A DNA stretch of 64,000 bases. It comes from Chrysomallon squamiferum (Eukaryota; Animalia; Mollusca). Location of the stretch: positions 5,270,001 to 5,334,000 of the forward strand of contig CM022669.1 of the NCBI GenBank assembly GCA_012295275.1, written 5' to 3'. Positions 27,558 through 40,447 of this stretch are shown here, one piece after another. The position numbers and the translations under genes were made by a program. The notes under the pieces were generated by a model. That model was not told the origin of the DNA. It did not search any database and worked only from the letters and a program-made list of their open reading frames with translations. The number at the start of each line of letters is the position of its first letter. Within the stretch, counting starts at the first letter, position 1.

Positions 27558-30500
27558 CTGGAAAACACAGAAAAAACAATTTAACTAACCTGTAGTAATA
27601 ATAACAATAAAAATAACAATAACAATAATATAATAATAATAATAATAACAATAACAATAACAATAACAATAATACAATAATAATAATAATAATAACAATA
27701 ATAACAATAATAATTTTAAAAAAAATAAACAAATAAAAACGAAAAATTAAATAAATAAATAATAAGCAAAAGAACACAGGAGCCATGTCATGACTGAAGG
27801 TATGTTTACTAAGGAAAAACAAAACACATTTTACATTGTGATAAACTTTATCAGTAATAGCATAAATAAAAGAAACAACCCAGTAAAACTCAGTGACAAT
27901 GCTGACATATATCCATGTACAAAATTGCTTCTGTAGTGGGGAAACTAATGAGGTTTTAACTGAAAAGATGCTTAACATCAAGTTAAAGTGATGACACCAG
28001 CAGACATGTTCGGTTTATTGGAAGTTCTTTGTTTAATTGTTTATGACCTGTTTGTGTTGATGACAAAAAAAAGGATATATAAATACTAAAAGAACCACAG
28101 ATATGACCTGTATTTTCACAACTTTATAACATAATTACATACATTTCTACATATTTGTGCCTGTATGTTTGTATTTTCCTGTTAATTTTGTATAAAATAG
28201 TTTATTCAAAGCTCAAGTTGGCTCAAGAATTTTTTTATGGACATGTATATTTTTAAAAATAATTTTAATATTAAGGAACCAAACAAGATTCAAAAAAAAA
28301 AAAAATAATAATAATAATAAAAAAATAAATAAATAAAATTTAAAAGAAAGAAATTAAAAAAAAAAGGAATTAAAAATAAAATTTATAAGAAATAAAATGA
28401 CCATTAACTTCTAAAATGTCAGTTAAATATTTACATGTAATTTAACCCTTATTTTGTGAAACGTACACTGAATGAATTAATTTGCATTTTAACCTTTATA
28501 TCTGAACACATAAAAAAAAACACAAAAAATAAGAAATGACATAAATAGGTTTTTTTTTTTTTTTCTCTCTGTAGGCACAAGAAGCTATTGACAGTGATAT
28601 AGGTGAACTTTAAGTGAACTGTTTAATCCAGTCAAAGATACCTGTTTGATCTGTCACTGTCTGTATAGTCACACCTCAAGTGAAAAACTACCAAGTCATA
28701 TCAATGTACAAACATCACACACACACAAGCACAGACCATGAACTATCAGACTCTTGGATCAAACTGTAAATGTTTTAACACAGAAGCATAAATCTGAAAC
28801 TGTTAAGAAATATTTAATTTTTACTGTACACAAACATTCATTCTAATGTAAACATTATAAAACAACAACAACAAAAGAGATATATGAAAAGAAAAGAAAA
28901 AAAGAAAGAATTTATCAATAAAAAACATATAAAGACAATTATGAATTACAGACAAATATTTTTATTAATCTTACACATTTTAAACTGTCCTTGTGGGTGC
29001 ATTCTTACATATGTGAATGAAGTATGGACAAATGCAATAATTATGTGTGCATGTGCATATATATATATATATATTATGTATTTTTGTATATGTCTTTGTT
29101 CACTTGTGTGTTTGTGTATGTGTATCTATTGCTGTGTGCAAGCATGTATGTGCATGTTATGTGTGTGTTGGAGTTTTTAAACTCTTGTTGATACATGCAA
29201 ATCTACGACTAATTCAGTAAGGGTAAAACCTATCTCTGTAGTAATCTGGTTTGCTGGCATTCGATCAGTACACATATTTGATCTCACTCCACACTTTACA
29301 AGTCAGGTCAAATGGTCACAACAGTCAATCTGCTGCCTTTGTCAAATATTTCTGCCTCATTTCTAGATTACTTATGTTATAGTAGACTCATTTGATTATG
29401 AGGTTTTCTGAACTATGACTGACTGCTGTATTGACCCTTCTTGTTGCATTCTAAGGCCCTTTTTCCCATTCTAATAAATGCCCCATTTACAGTTCAAGGT
29501 ATGTAGCCTGCCTGATTGTTGGAAGGTGTGTAATAAATATTTGAAGCTGTGAAATAGCATTAAATTTTAAAATATAATTTAAAAAGAAGTAAAGTGTACA
29601 ATATAAATTAAAAAAATAATAAAATAAAATAAAATAAAATAAAATAATAAAACATAAAAATAAAATGTAAGTAAAATAAAATAAAATAAAAAACAAAATA
29701 TTTTTTAAAATGTAAAAGTTAAAAAAATGCTTAGACTATAAATCATCATTGATATTAAATGTGTTGATGCATCATTAACAAAATATTTATTTTTAGACTG
29801 TGTATACACTGTGGTTAGTTATGACAGAATACTGTGGTTGTGTTCACTGGTAACAAATATGTTGAAAATCCTGCTTCAGGCAATTTCATTTTATGATCTA
29901 AAATAATAGCAGTACCAGACATTCTTTATCTCTCACAGCTATACATATACAAAATATACATATGCAAATATGCATGCACATACAGACACGTAAACATGCA
30001 TAGTTGTATAAAACACACACAGTATACACAAATATACTCTCACATATACAAATAGAAATACAAACATAGAATTCACACAAAGAGATACATAAATACACAC
30101 ACACACACACACTCACAAACACCACAAACATTTACATTATTTTTTTGGTTTAAACAAAACAGTTTCACTGATAAAATACTTTTCAGTTGTAGGTTGCCCA
30201 TTCTTATCACTTAAACTCAAACATGTTTATAACAACAACAGCAATAAATAAATAAATGGATACACTTTGACTATATAAAAATATTTATTGTTACTGCTAT
30301 TAAACATTATATGTTGTGTAAATGTAGGAATACAGTAATAATAAAGTTGCAATTTTTTTTAAAAGGGGCATTAATGTCACTGTAGGATACAATTTTTACA
30401 ATGAAAATAAATAAAAAAGAAGCAAAATGTGGCATGAATGGATGTAAGGGTTATAATAATAAGTAATAAAATGCATTTTAATATTTATATCAAAATAAAT

Positions 30501-30964
30501 TCTTAAGGATTTTAAAATATTTAACACCTGGAATTGAAAATTTATAAAAAAAAATAAATAAAATAAAATAAATAAAACATTTGTCTAATCGGTTTAATTG
30601 TCTGAACCTTATTTAAATCTCAAATATGAAAAACACATATCTTGAACAAATCACAATATTTATGAAAATCTGAATCAGTGTTTTAACAAATAATATATTT
30701 TAAAATATATTTCAGACTTTAAATTTAATTTCTTACTGATATCAAAATAGATTTTCTGTAACAAAAATAAATAAATAAAATAAAAATATAATTTATTGGC
30801 CAGTATATGTAACTGTACATAATTTCACATTTAAAAATAAATAAAATAATAATAATAAGAAATAAAGAAATAAAGAAAGAAAGAAAGAAAAGTTAAAAAA
30901 AGAGACAAATAATACCAAAATAAAGAAATAAATATTATTTTTTGCAGTCTGTTACTTTACTTAC

Positions 30965-31008
30965 AGCTCAAAGTCTTCATCACTTGAGTTACCTAGGAAA
31001 ACCTTCAT
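30965..31008 (-). CDS. homer: Candidate Homer alternative first coding exon (MKVFLGNSSDEDFE-L)
   Basis: ATG at 31008, 14 codons plus CT|gtaagt, phase 2. A possible acceptor tttttcacag lies just upstream. Confidence 0.4.
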
Positions 31009-32681
31009 AACTAAACAACAACAAAGTCCTGTGAAAAACAACTTAATATTCTCAACACCACACAGCCAGAGAATGATGACAAACACTCCAAGCCAGACAG
31101 ACAAATTGACAAATTTTTTTTTTTTCTTAGCCAGCACAAACAGAAGTGGTTTTACAAAGATCCTGTGCTACTCTGTGTTGAATACAGAATGTTATGAGGC
31201 AGCCAGTGTACATTTGACAGGTATAGCAACCACAGGTATGCAAGCTTAACACACATGACCAATCCCTCTCAACCCAGATGAAGGTACAAATTTGAAACAC
31301 TTACATATTACTGAGCAATTATCCTTGATGTCAACAGAAGCTTTGGAAAAAATAAATAATTTTTTTACACAGAACCAGTGTGAAAAGGATAATGCCGTTT
31401 TTACATCACTGGTGTTAATGTGGTACAAGTGACGTACATAAAATAACAGTGAAAAAAAAGTGTCCTTGCTAGGGCAGACAGGTTACAGGCAGGCAGGCAG
31501 GCAGGTAAAGAGGTGGTCTGTTTTTATCAGATGAATATCATCTTACAGTTGTCAATCTTCACTTCAAGGACCATTTTCTCAATGAAGCAGGCTATTTTTA
31601 ATCGTCAAGTGGTGGGCGACAAGCAAGCTGATACCCTGGGGAAGTGTGGCTGTATCAGAGTAATTAAGATTTCAATTAGTGTATTCATTCTGTCACTGCT
31701 GAAGACTATTTTCTGTCATGTCAGTGATAGTTAATTGAACTTGTTCAGACATTCTGAGTGCAAGTCAAAAAGGGAATGAAAAAAAATATAAGAAGAAAAA
31801 ACGAAAAGAAAAAACAAAAAAGAAAGAATGAAAGAAAGAAAAAGACTGAATGGGAAAATGAAGACTAAAAACAATAAATTAAACTGCCTTGGTTAATAGT
31901 CACATTTATGTTTCAGAATAATTATACAACACTTTTCTGAAATTCTGATAAAAGAAAATATACAGAATATGCTAAAATGAACTCTAGTTGTAGGAAACAG
32001 TTTTGAAGTAATATATACTTGTTTTAAACTTTTTTTAAAGTGAGAAAGCACACATAGAAAAAAGGTAAAAGGAAGTAAATGTCTAAAACCTAGTGAACTA
32101 AAAAATACTTGACAAGAAAAACTTTCTGAAAAATAACAGAATCTTTTTTCATTTATTTTCAATCTGAACAGGTATTTCTTTTCTTTTTGAAAGAAGTTTA
32201 CCAAAACAACACTAACACCCGTTTGTTAAAAATTCTGTTATTTCTTTGAAAGCTTTTCTTGTCAATGACAACAATGATTTTATGCAAATCAAACAAACTA
32301 CTTGAAGCAATTACTAAGGTTTTTATACCAAACTGGTTTGACCCAGCTCATAATAACAGCACCAGAATGTCATGACAGCTAATAAAGCGAGACAATAAAA
32401 TGACTTGGGACTGAGCAAGTGTATTGATTGTACATCTGTGAGTTGTTTGTATGTGGAAGACCAGTCATGTTTATTATTTTATTAATATCCTCATCATAAA
32501 GTGGCCACTTCACCAAAATCTACTTCCAGCCCATTTGTATAACCATAATTAACAGACAGAACTTATCTACAAGTTGAGTTCTTTACTTTTAACCTATCTC
32601 CACATTTTTTCAGCCAACAAAGGATAAATGGTTTCTAAAGTCAAATATTTATTTTACAAACACACAAATACTTATAATAAC

Positions 32682-32796
32682 CAAAAGTAACCATTTTTAA
32701 AAAATAACTACTATTACTACTTTTTAGTAACTTTAAAAAAATCATCATATAACTAAAATAAATAACAGTAGTATATTTAAAAAATGGTTACTTTTG
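32682..32796. repeat. Short inverted repeat / MITE-like hairpin
   Basis: caaaagtaaccatttttaaaaaataactact ... agtagtatatttaaaaaatggttacttttg. Confidence 0.6.
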
Positions 32797-33757
32797 ATTA
32801 TAATTGGGAAAAGTCAAAAATTCTCTGAGGAATGCATGCTACTAAAAACAATCCATGACATTATCACAGAAATTATCTGTCCTTCCTTCCTTCCCAATCA
32901 ATCTTCTTAGGGACTTCTTACTAAGGTAAGTTAAGTTTAGGAATAAAAAGCCTGTCAATATGTTATTTGTAATATATCACAAGTGAAACAGTCTGGAAAA
33001 CTGGTTCAATAAACTTCCTAAGTTTGTAAACAAGTTTCACAAGAAAGTTGCCTGAAGCAATTTATTTAGAATGTATATGTCATTACTACCCTCTAGTACT
33101 GGATTAAATGTGTCACTGTTACAACCCACACAGTATATCATTGGTGTGCAATATCAATATACATCTTTCTAGACTAACTAATCTTGTGATCTCCATGTCT
33201 GCTTTGATTTATTAGCTATGTAGGGTCACTTAGTTCACAGTATTAAACCTAATTATGTCCCAAGGCAATGCTGTTAGCATTGGACATCCCATGTAATATA
33301 CTCATATATTTCTAGTGCTGCAAATGTGAATAGTAACCAATTTTCCATTAAAATTGTAATTTGCATACTAAGCATAAATTAAGATGTACACAAACTATAA
33401 AACATATATATCACAAATGCAAATACAAATAAAGTATTTGAAAAAGAGATGAATGAAAACAAACAGAAAGAAAGACAAAAACAAGATATAGAAAAAGAGA
33501 AACAAAGAAAAAAGGGAAACTGAACCTCAAACAGAGAGAAGCAGAGAAAGGCAGACTGAGTCAGAGAGATTAACAACCTGCATATTTTTTCAAACCTCAA
33601 AATTCTGTTTTATCCTTTGTATAAAATGTCATAAGACTTCAATAACATACATAACACTTAAACAATTCTCTGAGGATTGCATGCTAAACACAATCTGTAA
33701 CATTATTACAGAAACTATCTGAAAGACTTTAAAGAACATATTAAATGTGTAACTTAC

Positions 33758-33840
33758 CTTGACCTTCGTTCAACTTGTGGAGACTGATGCTGATACAACC
33801 AGCCACTTGAAGTTGAATCACTTGCTTGGAAACTCAGCAT
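33758..33840 (-). CDS. homer: Candidate Homer first coding exon (MLSFQASDSTSSGWLYQHQSPQVERRS-R)
   Basis: ATG at 33840, 27 open codons plus AG, then a consensus donor AG|gtaagt. Phase 2 matches the EVH1 exon, and the stretch is GC-richer than its flanks. Confidence 0.55.
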
Positions 33841-35939
33841 TATCAACTTTTTAAGGTTTTTTTTAACTCAATATCTTTTTCACTGTTAAATAAAATTAAT
33901 TATATCCATATGTTTCCAAATCAATTAATCGGTTATTTTAAGCTCATATTTCCCTGTTTAAACTAAAGCACTGTCATCGATTTTGCATGTAAATATGATT
34001 TCAGGTACAAAATCAGTGATAATTTTTTTTTTTTTTTTCCCCTTTGCAAATACAAATTTTCCTTTTTGCAGTTTTTAACATTGATTAATCACTTTTAAGT
34101 AATCTCACCATCTCAAGATCATTAGTTGACCAATAATAATGTGATCAGATGATCAGAATTTGATTAATCAATTTCAGTAATTATGATTTACCAACCACCA
34201 GTGATTAATTAGTTCATCAGGAAGAAATCCACTACAACAATCACAAGATGACCTTTCAACCAAAGTATCTGTCAGCAATGGAGTAATCCAGCAACCACAA
34301 TTATAATGTCAACCAAAAGATGATCATCTATCATAAAATTACTTGAAAAAACTCCTAGTTTTGAAGAGCGAGCTGAAAAACACAACAAAATACAACAATA
34401 TAAATGCACTCTTCAGTTCTACACAGTTCTGTCTGGTTTTGTTTTCAGAGTTAAAACCTGCTGACAGATTGACAGTCTGCAAATTACATTTAGGGGAAAA
34501 AAAGAGTAAGTAGTTGTATACAAAACCAGAAACTACCATCATCACCAGACACTACAAAAATAAGATAATTCTAAAAACAGAGTCAAAACTTTAAACTACT
34601 AAACAGCAACATCAAACATCTGTTTAATTACACTTTATTTCCATCACTTCAAATGATTATTTTTCATTGGCAAATTCATTTAAAAAAAAAAAAAAAAAAA
34701 AGAAGAAAATTAGAATAATAATAAAAATAGTATGATAATAAAAATTAAAATAAAAATTAAAATTAAAATTAAACTAAAAAAAATAAATAAATATTTCAAA
34801 AATGACTTAATAAACTCAATTTGAAGTCAATTTTAGTTTGCTATCAAAAAGACCTAAAAAAAACCTTCTATTCATTTATAATCTAGTGCTCATTAACTCC
34901 AGACACTAAAAAGAAACCAATAATTCTTATAGAATCAGACTTCAGACAGTGTGAGAAATTAAAAAAAAAATAATAATTAGTGAACAGGATAGGAAAATTT
35001 GTCATACATTGAAAGCAAACACTAGTGATTTAGTTTAACAGTGACAGCACTCTGATACAAAATTACATTAAACACTTGTAAAGATTTCCTGCCAAGATAT
35101 ATACTTATCTATCTATGTAGAGATCTATAATTCTTGTCAGTCTGACAGAAAGGTCAATAGAAACCAGGATATTTCTCTAAATCTTAAATAGTCTACATTA
35201 AACTTTCTGAAATCCAAATTTTTATCAAGAACTTCAGTGAAGTGAAAATTATTCAATTATCAAAGACAAAAATACTTTAATTAATAATCCAACTTAAAGC
35301 CAAAATCATAAAAAATAATCTTTCATATACCTATCATTACTTTTATTTTTTTTGTCATTACATTTAAAAAGAATAAAGGAAAATGTATATTTAATTATCC
35401 AATATTCTAGTCTAATAACATATAGTAACAAATGAGTTTTATATTAGTCTTATTCTGGATATTAACATACTCTAAAATGCTTCTACTTAACAGTTATAAT
35501 TTAATTACATCATCACCTTTTATCTTATATCTGTCTTCCTTTCATCATTTATATTAATATAACACAAAATTTATTTTTAACTTATTTTTTGTTATTTATA
35601 TATATATATATATATATTTCATTGTATGAATGCTGCATTAATTGCTTAGTGCTCTGTAATAAGATATACTTCTAACTACAGATTTGTTGACTGATAGCAC
35701 CCTCAACTTGGAAATTAATTAATTAGGTGTTTTACCCACTAATTCGATTTTCAAACTATCAAGTTATCTTAACAACAAGCTATTTCCGTAACCACAGATA
35801 GACATAAATATACACAGCAATCGATAGTGATTATACCATCAACAACAACAAAAAAATATATATATATATTACCTCAACTTGTTTCTTACTGTGATTTCAA
35901 AATCAGTAATAAAAAAATAACTGCTGCAACTTTAAAATG

Positions 35940-36700
35940 TTAAATTATCAATATTATAAAATGCTGAATTATTAACATCCATAAGTGTACATTATCAGCA
36001 TTTTTCATTACCAAATTACCAAAATTTCTCAACACCAAATTATGAAGATTTGTCAATACTAAATTACCAACATTTTTCAATATTAATCACTAACATTTCT
36101 CAACATTAAGTCATCAGTATTTCTCAATAGCAAATTACCAACATTTCTGAGTACTAAATTATCAATATTTCTGAAAATTAAATCAACATTTCTCAGAACC
36201 AAATTACCAACAGACCTAAAAAATAAATGATTTCACACAATATTGACAGTTTTTCAAGTGATGTCAGTTCTAAACAGCAAATGAACACACTACAGCAAAC
36301 TAATTTCTAATGATACTTATATAATTATCAATCTCTTTAAGATGACCAAATTTGTTGTAAAGCATATGCCAAATATCACTGCAGTTATCCTATCAATATT
36401 ATCTCAGTTAAACAAATATCCTATTTCAGTTACACAACTATCCTATCAGTATCATCTGAATTACACAACTATTCTATCAATATTATCCAAATTACATAAA
36501 TATCCCATTAAAAATATTTCAATTACACAAGTATCCTATCAACATTATTTGTTACACAAATGTATTTTCAATATTAACTGAATTAGACAAACATTCTATC
36601 AAAAGATCCTATGAATATTATCTCACAAATATCCTATAAATATTATCTGAATTACACAAATGTCCTATAAGTATTAATTCAATTATATAAATATCAAAAA
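35940..36700. repeat. Two adjacent degenerate minisatellites (~24-bp unit at 35940-36210; ~31-bp unit at 36385-36700)
   Basis: Units aaattaccaacatttctcaatact and tatcctatcaatattatctgaattacacaaa recur. Confidence 0.75.
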
Positions 36701-37029
36701 TCACTGTGCAGCTGTATTGGAATCTCAGCATCACTAGAACTATACAAATATCAGTCAATTACAATTACATGCATTATTGAATAAACCAATATAACTACCT
36801 AGAAAAGAAGACAAACATCACATCACTGCAAATGTAAAAATACCAGTGAAAGATTGTTTGAAGTACTCAGTTTTCTGAGAAAGGAAGAAATAATTTCTAT
36901 TTCATCCACTCCAGTTTGATAATTAAGTACTGCACATTATAATAATTATTAGTAAATGCAACAAATATAAGAGGCCACAATGAACAACTGCTAAGAAACC
37001 AACTAAAAATTTACACAGAGTACTTAGTT

Positions 37030-37530
37030 TACAAAATATCCTTACCAAAATGGCAACAAATATTATACATTGTAAGGTTAGATTTGACACATATCAGAAC
37101 AGTAAAATTTCCAGATCATCTTTACCAAAGTGGTAACAAGTATTACATATTGTAACATTATTTGTTTTGACATGTAACACAACAGTGAAATTTTCATTTA
37201 TAGCAAAGCCATAACAGGAATTTGATATTGTAACATTTTTAGATTTGACATATACCATAGCAGTGAAATTTCCAGAACATCCTTACCAATGTGGTAACAA
37301 GTATTACACATTACAACATTAGGTTTGACACATAAGTATCAATAAAATTTCCAGAACATCCTTACCAACATCATAAAAATATGACACATTATTATTAGAT
37401 TTCAATCACAGCACAAAAATGCAATTTCTAGAATATCCTTACCAATGCAAAAATTACACATCATAACAATAGATTTGTCACACATCACAACAGTAAAATT
37501 TCCAGAACATCCTTACCAATTTGAAAACGA
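37030..37530. repeat. ~78-80-bp tandem repeat (about 6 units)
   Basis: aaatttccagaacatccttaccaa...agatttgacaca recurs at ~37038, 37118, 37279, 37358, 37434 and 37509. Confidence 0.8.
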
Positions 37531-38214
37531 GAATTATGCACTATAAGATTACTGAATAAATAAATAGGGTTAAATAAGAAGCACTGCACTTTAAATACGA
37601 CACTTGGTAAAGATCACTATCAGTGGTTAACACTGCACACTGCAGTCCAAACAGAACACTGCTCTTTATGATATCTTACTCCCGGTCTACTGAATTAAAA
37701 CCAAAATTAATCTGGGACTGAGACCAGTGATAACAGGAATGATTAAATAAAAAATAAAATAAAAAATAAAATAAAAAATAAAACATGTTCTCACTCTGGC
37801 TTGTGACATATTTGTCTGTGCCACGTGGTTAAATATTTCTGTGTTAATGGATAGAGATAACTTTTCAGTGATGTTGCCACTTCAAACTGGGTGAAAACCC
37901 AGAACTAAACTGTTTGATGTCCACCAGCCCTAAGTTCTTCTGATAATATACAGCATACATCAGATAAAGCTGTGATAAAAATACTGTCTGTATTTGATAA
38001 GACTCTCTGTGCATGTTATAAAATGCTACACACATCTCCCAGAAATTCAGTCAGACTGCCAACAGGGCACAAAAGTTGTATACATTAATTACAGAAAATA
38101 GAATAAATACTAGTTTAATATTTTATTTAGCTTCTACCATAAATGAATGAATGTTTTTAATTATATCTCTACATATTTTAATATTTACAATCCAAAATAT
38201 GATTTTTCTCTAAT

Positions 38215-38320
38215 GGTGTAAAAGAAAATCCTCACTGTTACCACTCTTAGTACAAACTTCTCCAATCAATTCACTCCTTTCCACACACAGGAAAGTACGT
38301 ACCATAGCCTTTGATGTTCT
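38215..38320 (-). mobile_element. Second degenerate Meta-domain-like SINE relic
   Basis: agaaaatcctcactgttaccactc...ccacacacaggaaagtacgtaccatagcctttgat resembles the same SINE core as 3186-3310. Confidence 0.4.
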
Positions 38321-39189
38321 TTGATAATCATGGGAAATAGGCTAATGGAAAGATTGTAGACTGATTATATATTTTGGTAAAATTTCTGAGAATGTTTCTT
38401 ATTCTTTCTAACCAACACTAAATTAGTAGAGAGCTAATTAAGGAATCATTCAAACATTCATTCTGTATATCTGAAAACACATTTCTTTACATTATTTAAA
38501 TTTTCTTAAACAGTCTCACTCAATAGTTTAATTAGGCAGAACTCTACTACAGATAATTCCATGCCATTAAATTCAACTTGATCTTCAAATTACATTGGTC
38601 ACATCATTTGAATTACTTGTAATTAAATCTAGTCTGATCAGTTGATTCAATTATTTTAACATATCACATTACTGATGTTGCCATAATTATCTGAGAGGAC
38701 TGATCCAATAAAAATATTTACTTCAGTTATTTCAGCTAACTAAACAGAATGCTTATTTTAGTAACTGATACACAGATAAACAGATTCAGAGATACACACA
38801 GAATAACAAAAAGAAATACACATAGAGTAATAATAATAAAATAAATTGTATCTTTAAAAAAGTGACATTATTAATTTTAAATTACATTTTTTAAGTTTGT
38901 ATGAATTTAGAAAACCTTTTTAATCAATCTACTACTTAAATAAAGTCCACAATATAGAGAAAAGACATTTAAAATAAATATTTTTTTAAATCATCAAACA
39001 AAATATCCTTTAGTTACTAATATTAAAAATACCAGCTAGTTACATGAAAAATTAAATTAAGCATCATCTCAGTGAAGCTGTACAATATCTGAAATAAAAG
39101 CAACCTGTCAGGTGTCAGTGTTAAACCTAATTAGTGTTCACTGTGATCAAATTACTTACATGTGTTAATCAATACCACTGCTGTAATCA

Positions 39190-40140
39190 GCATCAATGAT
39201 GTGGAATGTAGTCACAGCAGTAGATAGCAGAGTGGCAGCTACCAGGTTTATAGTATATGTTATTTATAATCTGATAAACGCGCTTCCTCTGAATAGAACA
39301 GTCACAGCAAAAGCTAATCAAATGATAGGGTTTCAGTTGTATTTTTTATATTCTGATAATTCTCCAAGGTCCTCACATCTCTCTAATCATAAATTGACAG
39401 CAGTAGCAAAATGAGTGGTATGCTGTTAATTTTATTATGCACGTTATTTGTAACTTGATAATTCACATACACAAAAATCTGTACATGTTTTGGGAATGTA
39501 GTCACAGACGTGGTGAGCCTATGGAAGCTTAGTAATTGTATTGTGTGTTGTTTATCATTTGATAAATCAACAAGAACACTTATTGGTTTTAAATGCCATT
39601 GTTACTTATCATATAATATGACACAAAAACAGAATTCTTCTAACACAGCAACAAAGATAGCTAATAGTTTTAATGCATGCTATTATTGACAAATTCCATA
39701 CACAGTTCTTTAAAACTGCTGTAAAATATGATCACACTTGTAACAAGAACAATGATAGTTATCAGTTGTAGTGTTATATTATATCTGACAAACTGTATAC
39801 CTCTGAACTGCAGTAGGATATAATGACAGTGGTAACCTGTTCACTGACAGCTATTACAGAATTTTAAAAACCACAGAATTCTTCAAATGTACAATAGAAA
39901 TTAATGAAAATAGTAACAATCCAGTGACAGCTATCAGTTTCAATATATAATTTTAAAAACCACACAAACAGAATTCTACAGAAGTATGTGTAGAGTTAGA
40001 TCACTGTAGACTGTAGTACCCATCCAGTAACAGCTGTAAGTTTCAATACTTCATTTTTAAAACTATAAACACAATTCTCAAAAATATTCTCAATTTAGTC
40101 ACAGCAGTCACCAGTTCAGTTAGCTTCAAAACCACACAAA
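39190..40140. repeat. Highly degenerate ~110-120-bp tandem repeat
   Basis: Recurring motifs gtagtcacagcag, ccagtgacagcta(t)cagtttcaata and aaaaccac..agaattct. Confidence 0.45.
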
Positions 40141-40436
40141 CTGTTCCTTAAAAGTAGTGTAGAATATTTTCACTATGGTTATCAAACAGTGTGTCAGAAC
40201 TGTCTGTGTTTCTGAAGATTTATCATACACTGCAGTGCACACACAGTTCCTCACAGGCCACAGCCCAATATTGTGCTCAACACAAAATATGTAATGCTGG
40301 TCAATATTCACAGTATGAGTGACAAATTGCTATCTCTGTAATTACCACTATTCTCCTGACCAGCAGCAGTGGTCAAGACAGAAGCATCTGATTGTATTCC
40401 GTTTTTCATCAATACCATGATCTCATAAATACTTAC

Positions 40437-40447
40437 GTGGAAATCAT
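40437..40447 (-). CDS. homer: Candidate Homer alternative first coding exon (MIS-T)
   Basis: aacATG ATT TCC AC|gtaagt, phase 2. It gives MISTEQPLF, a short N terminus like that of canonical Homers. Confidence 0.45.
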
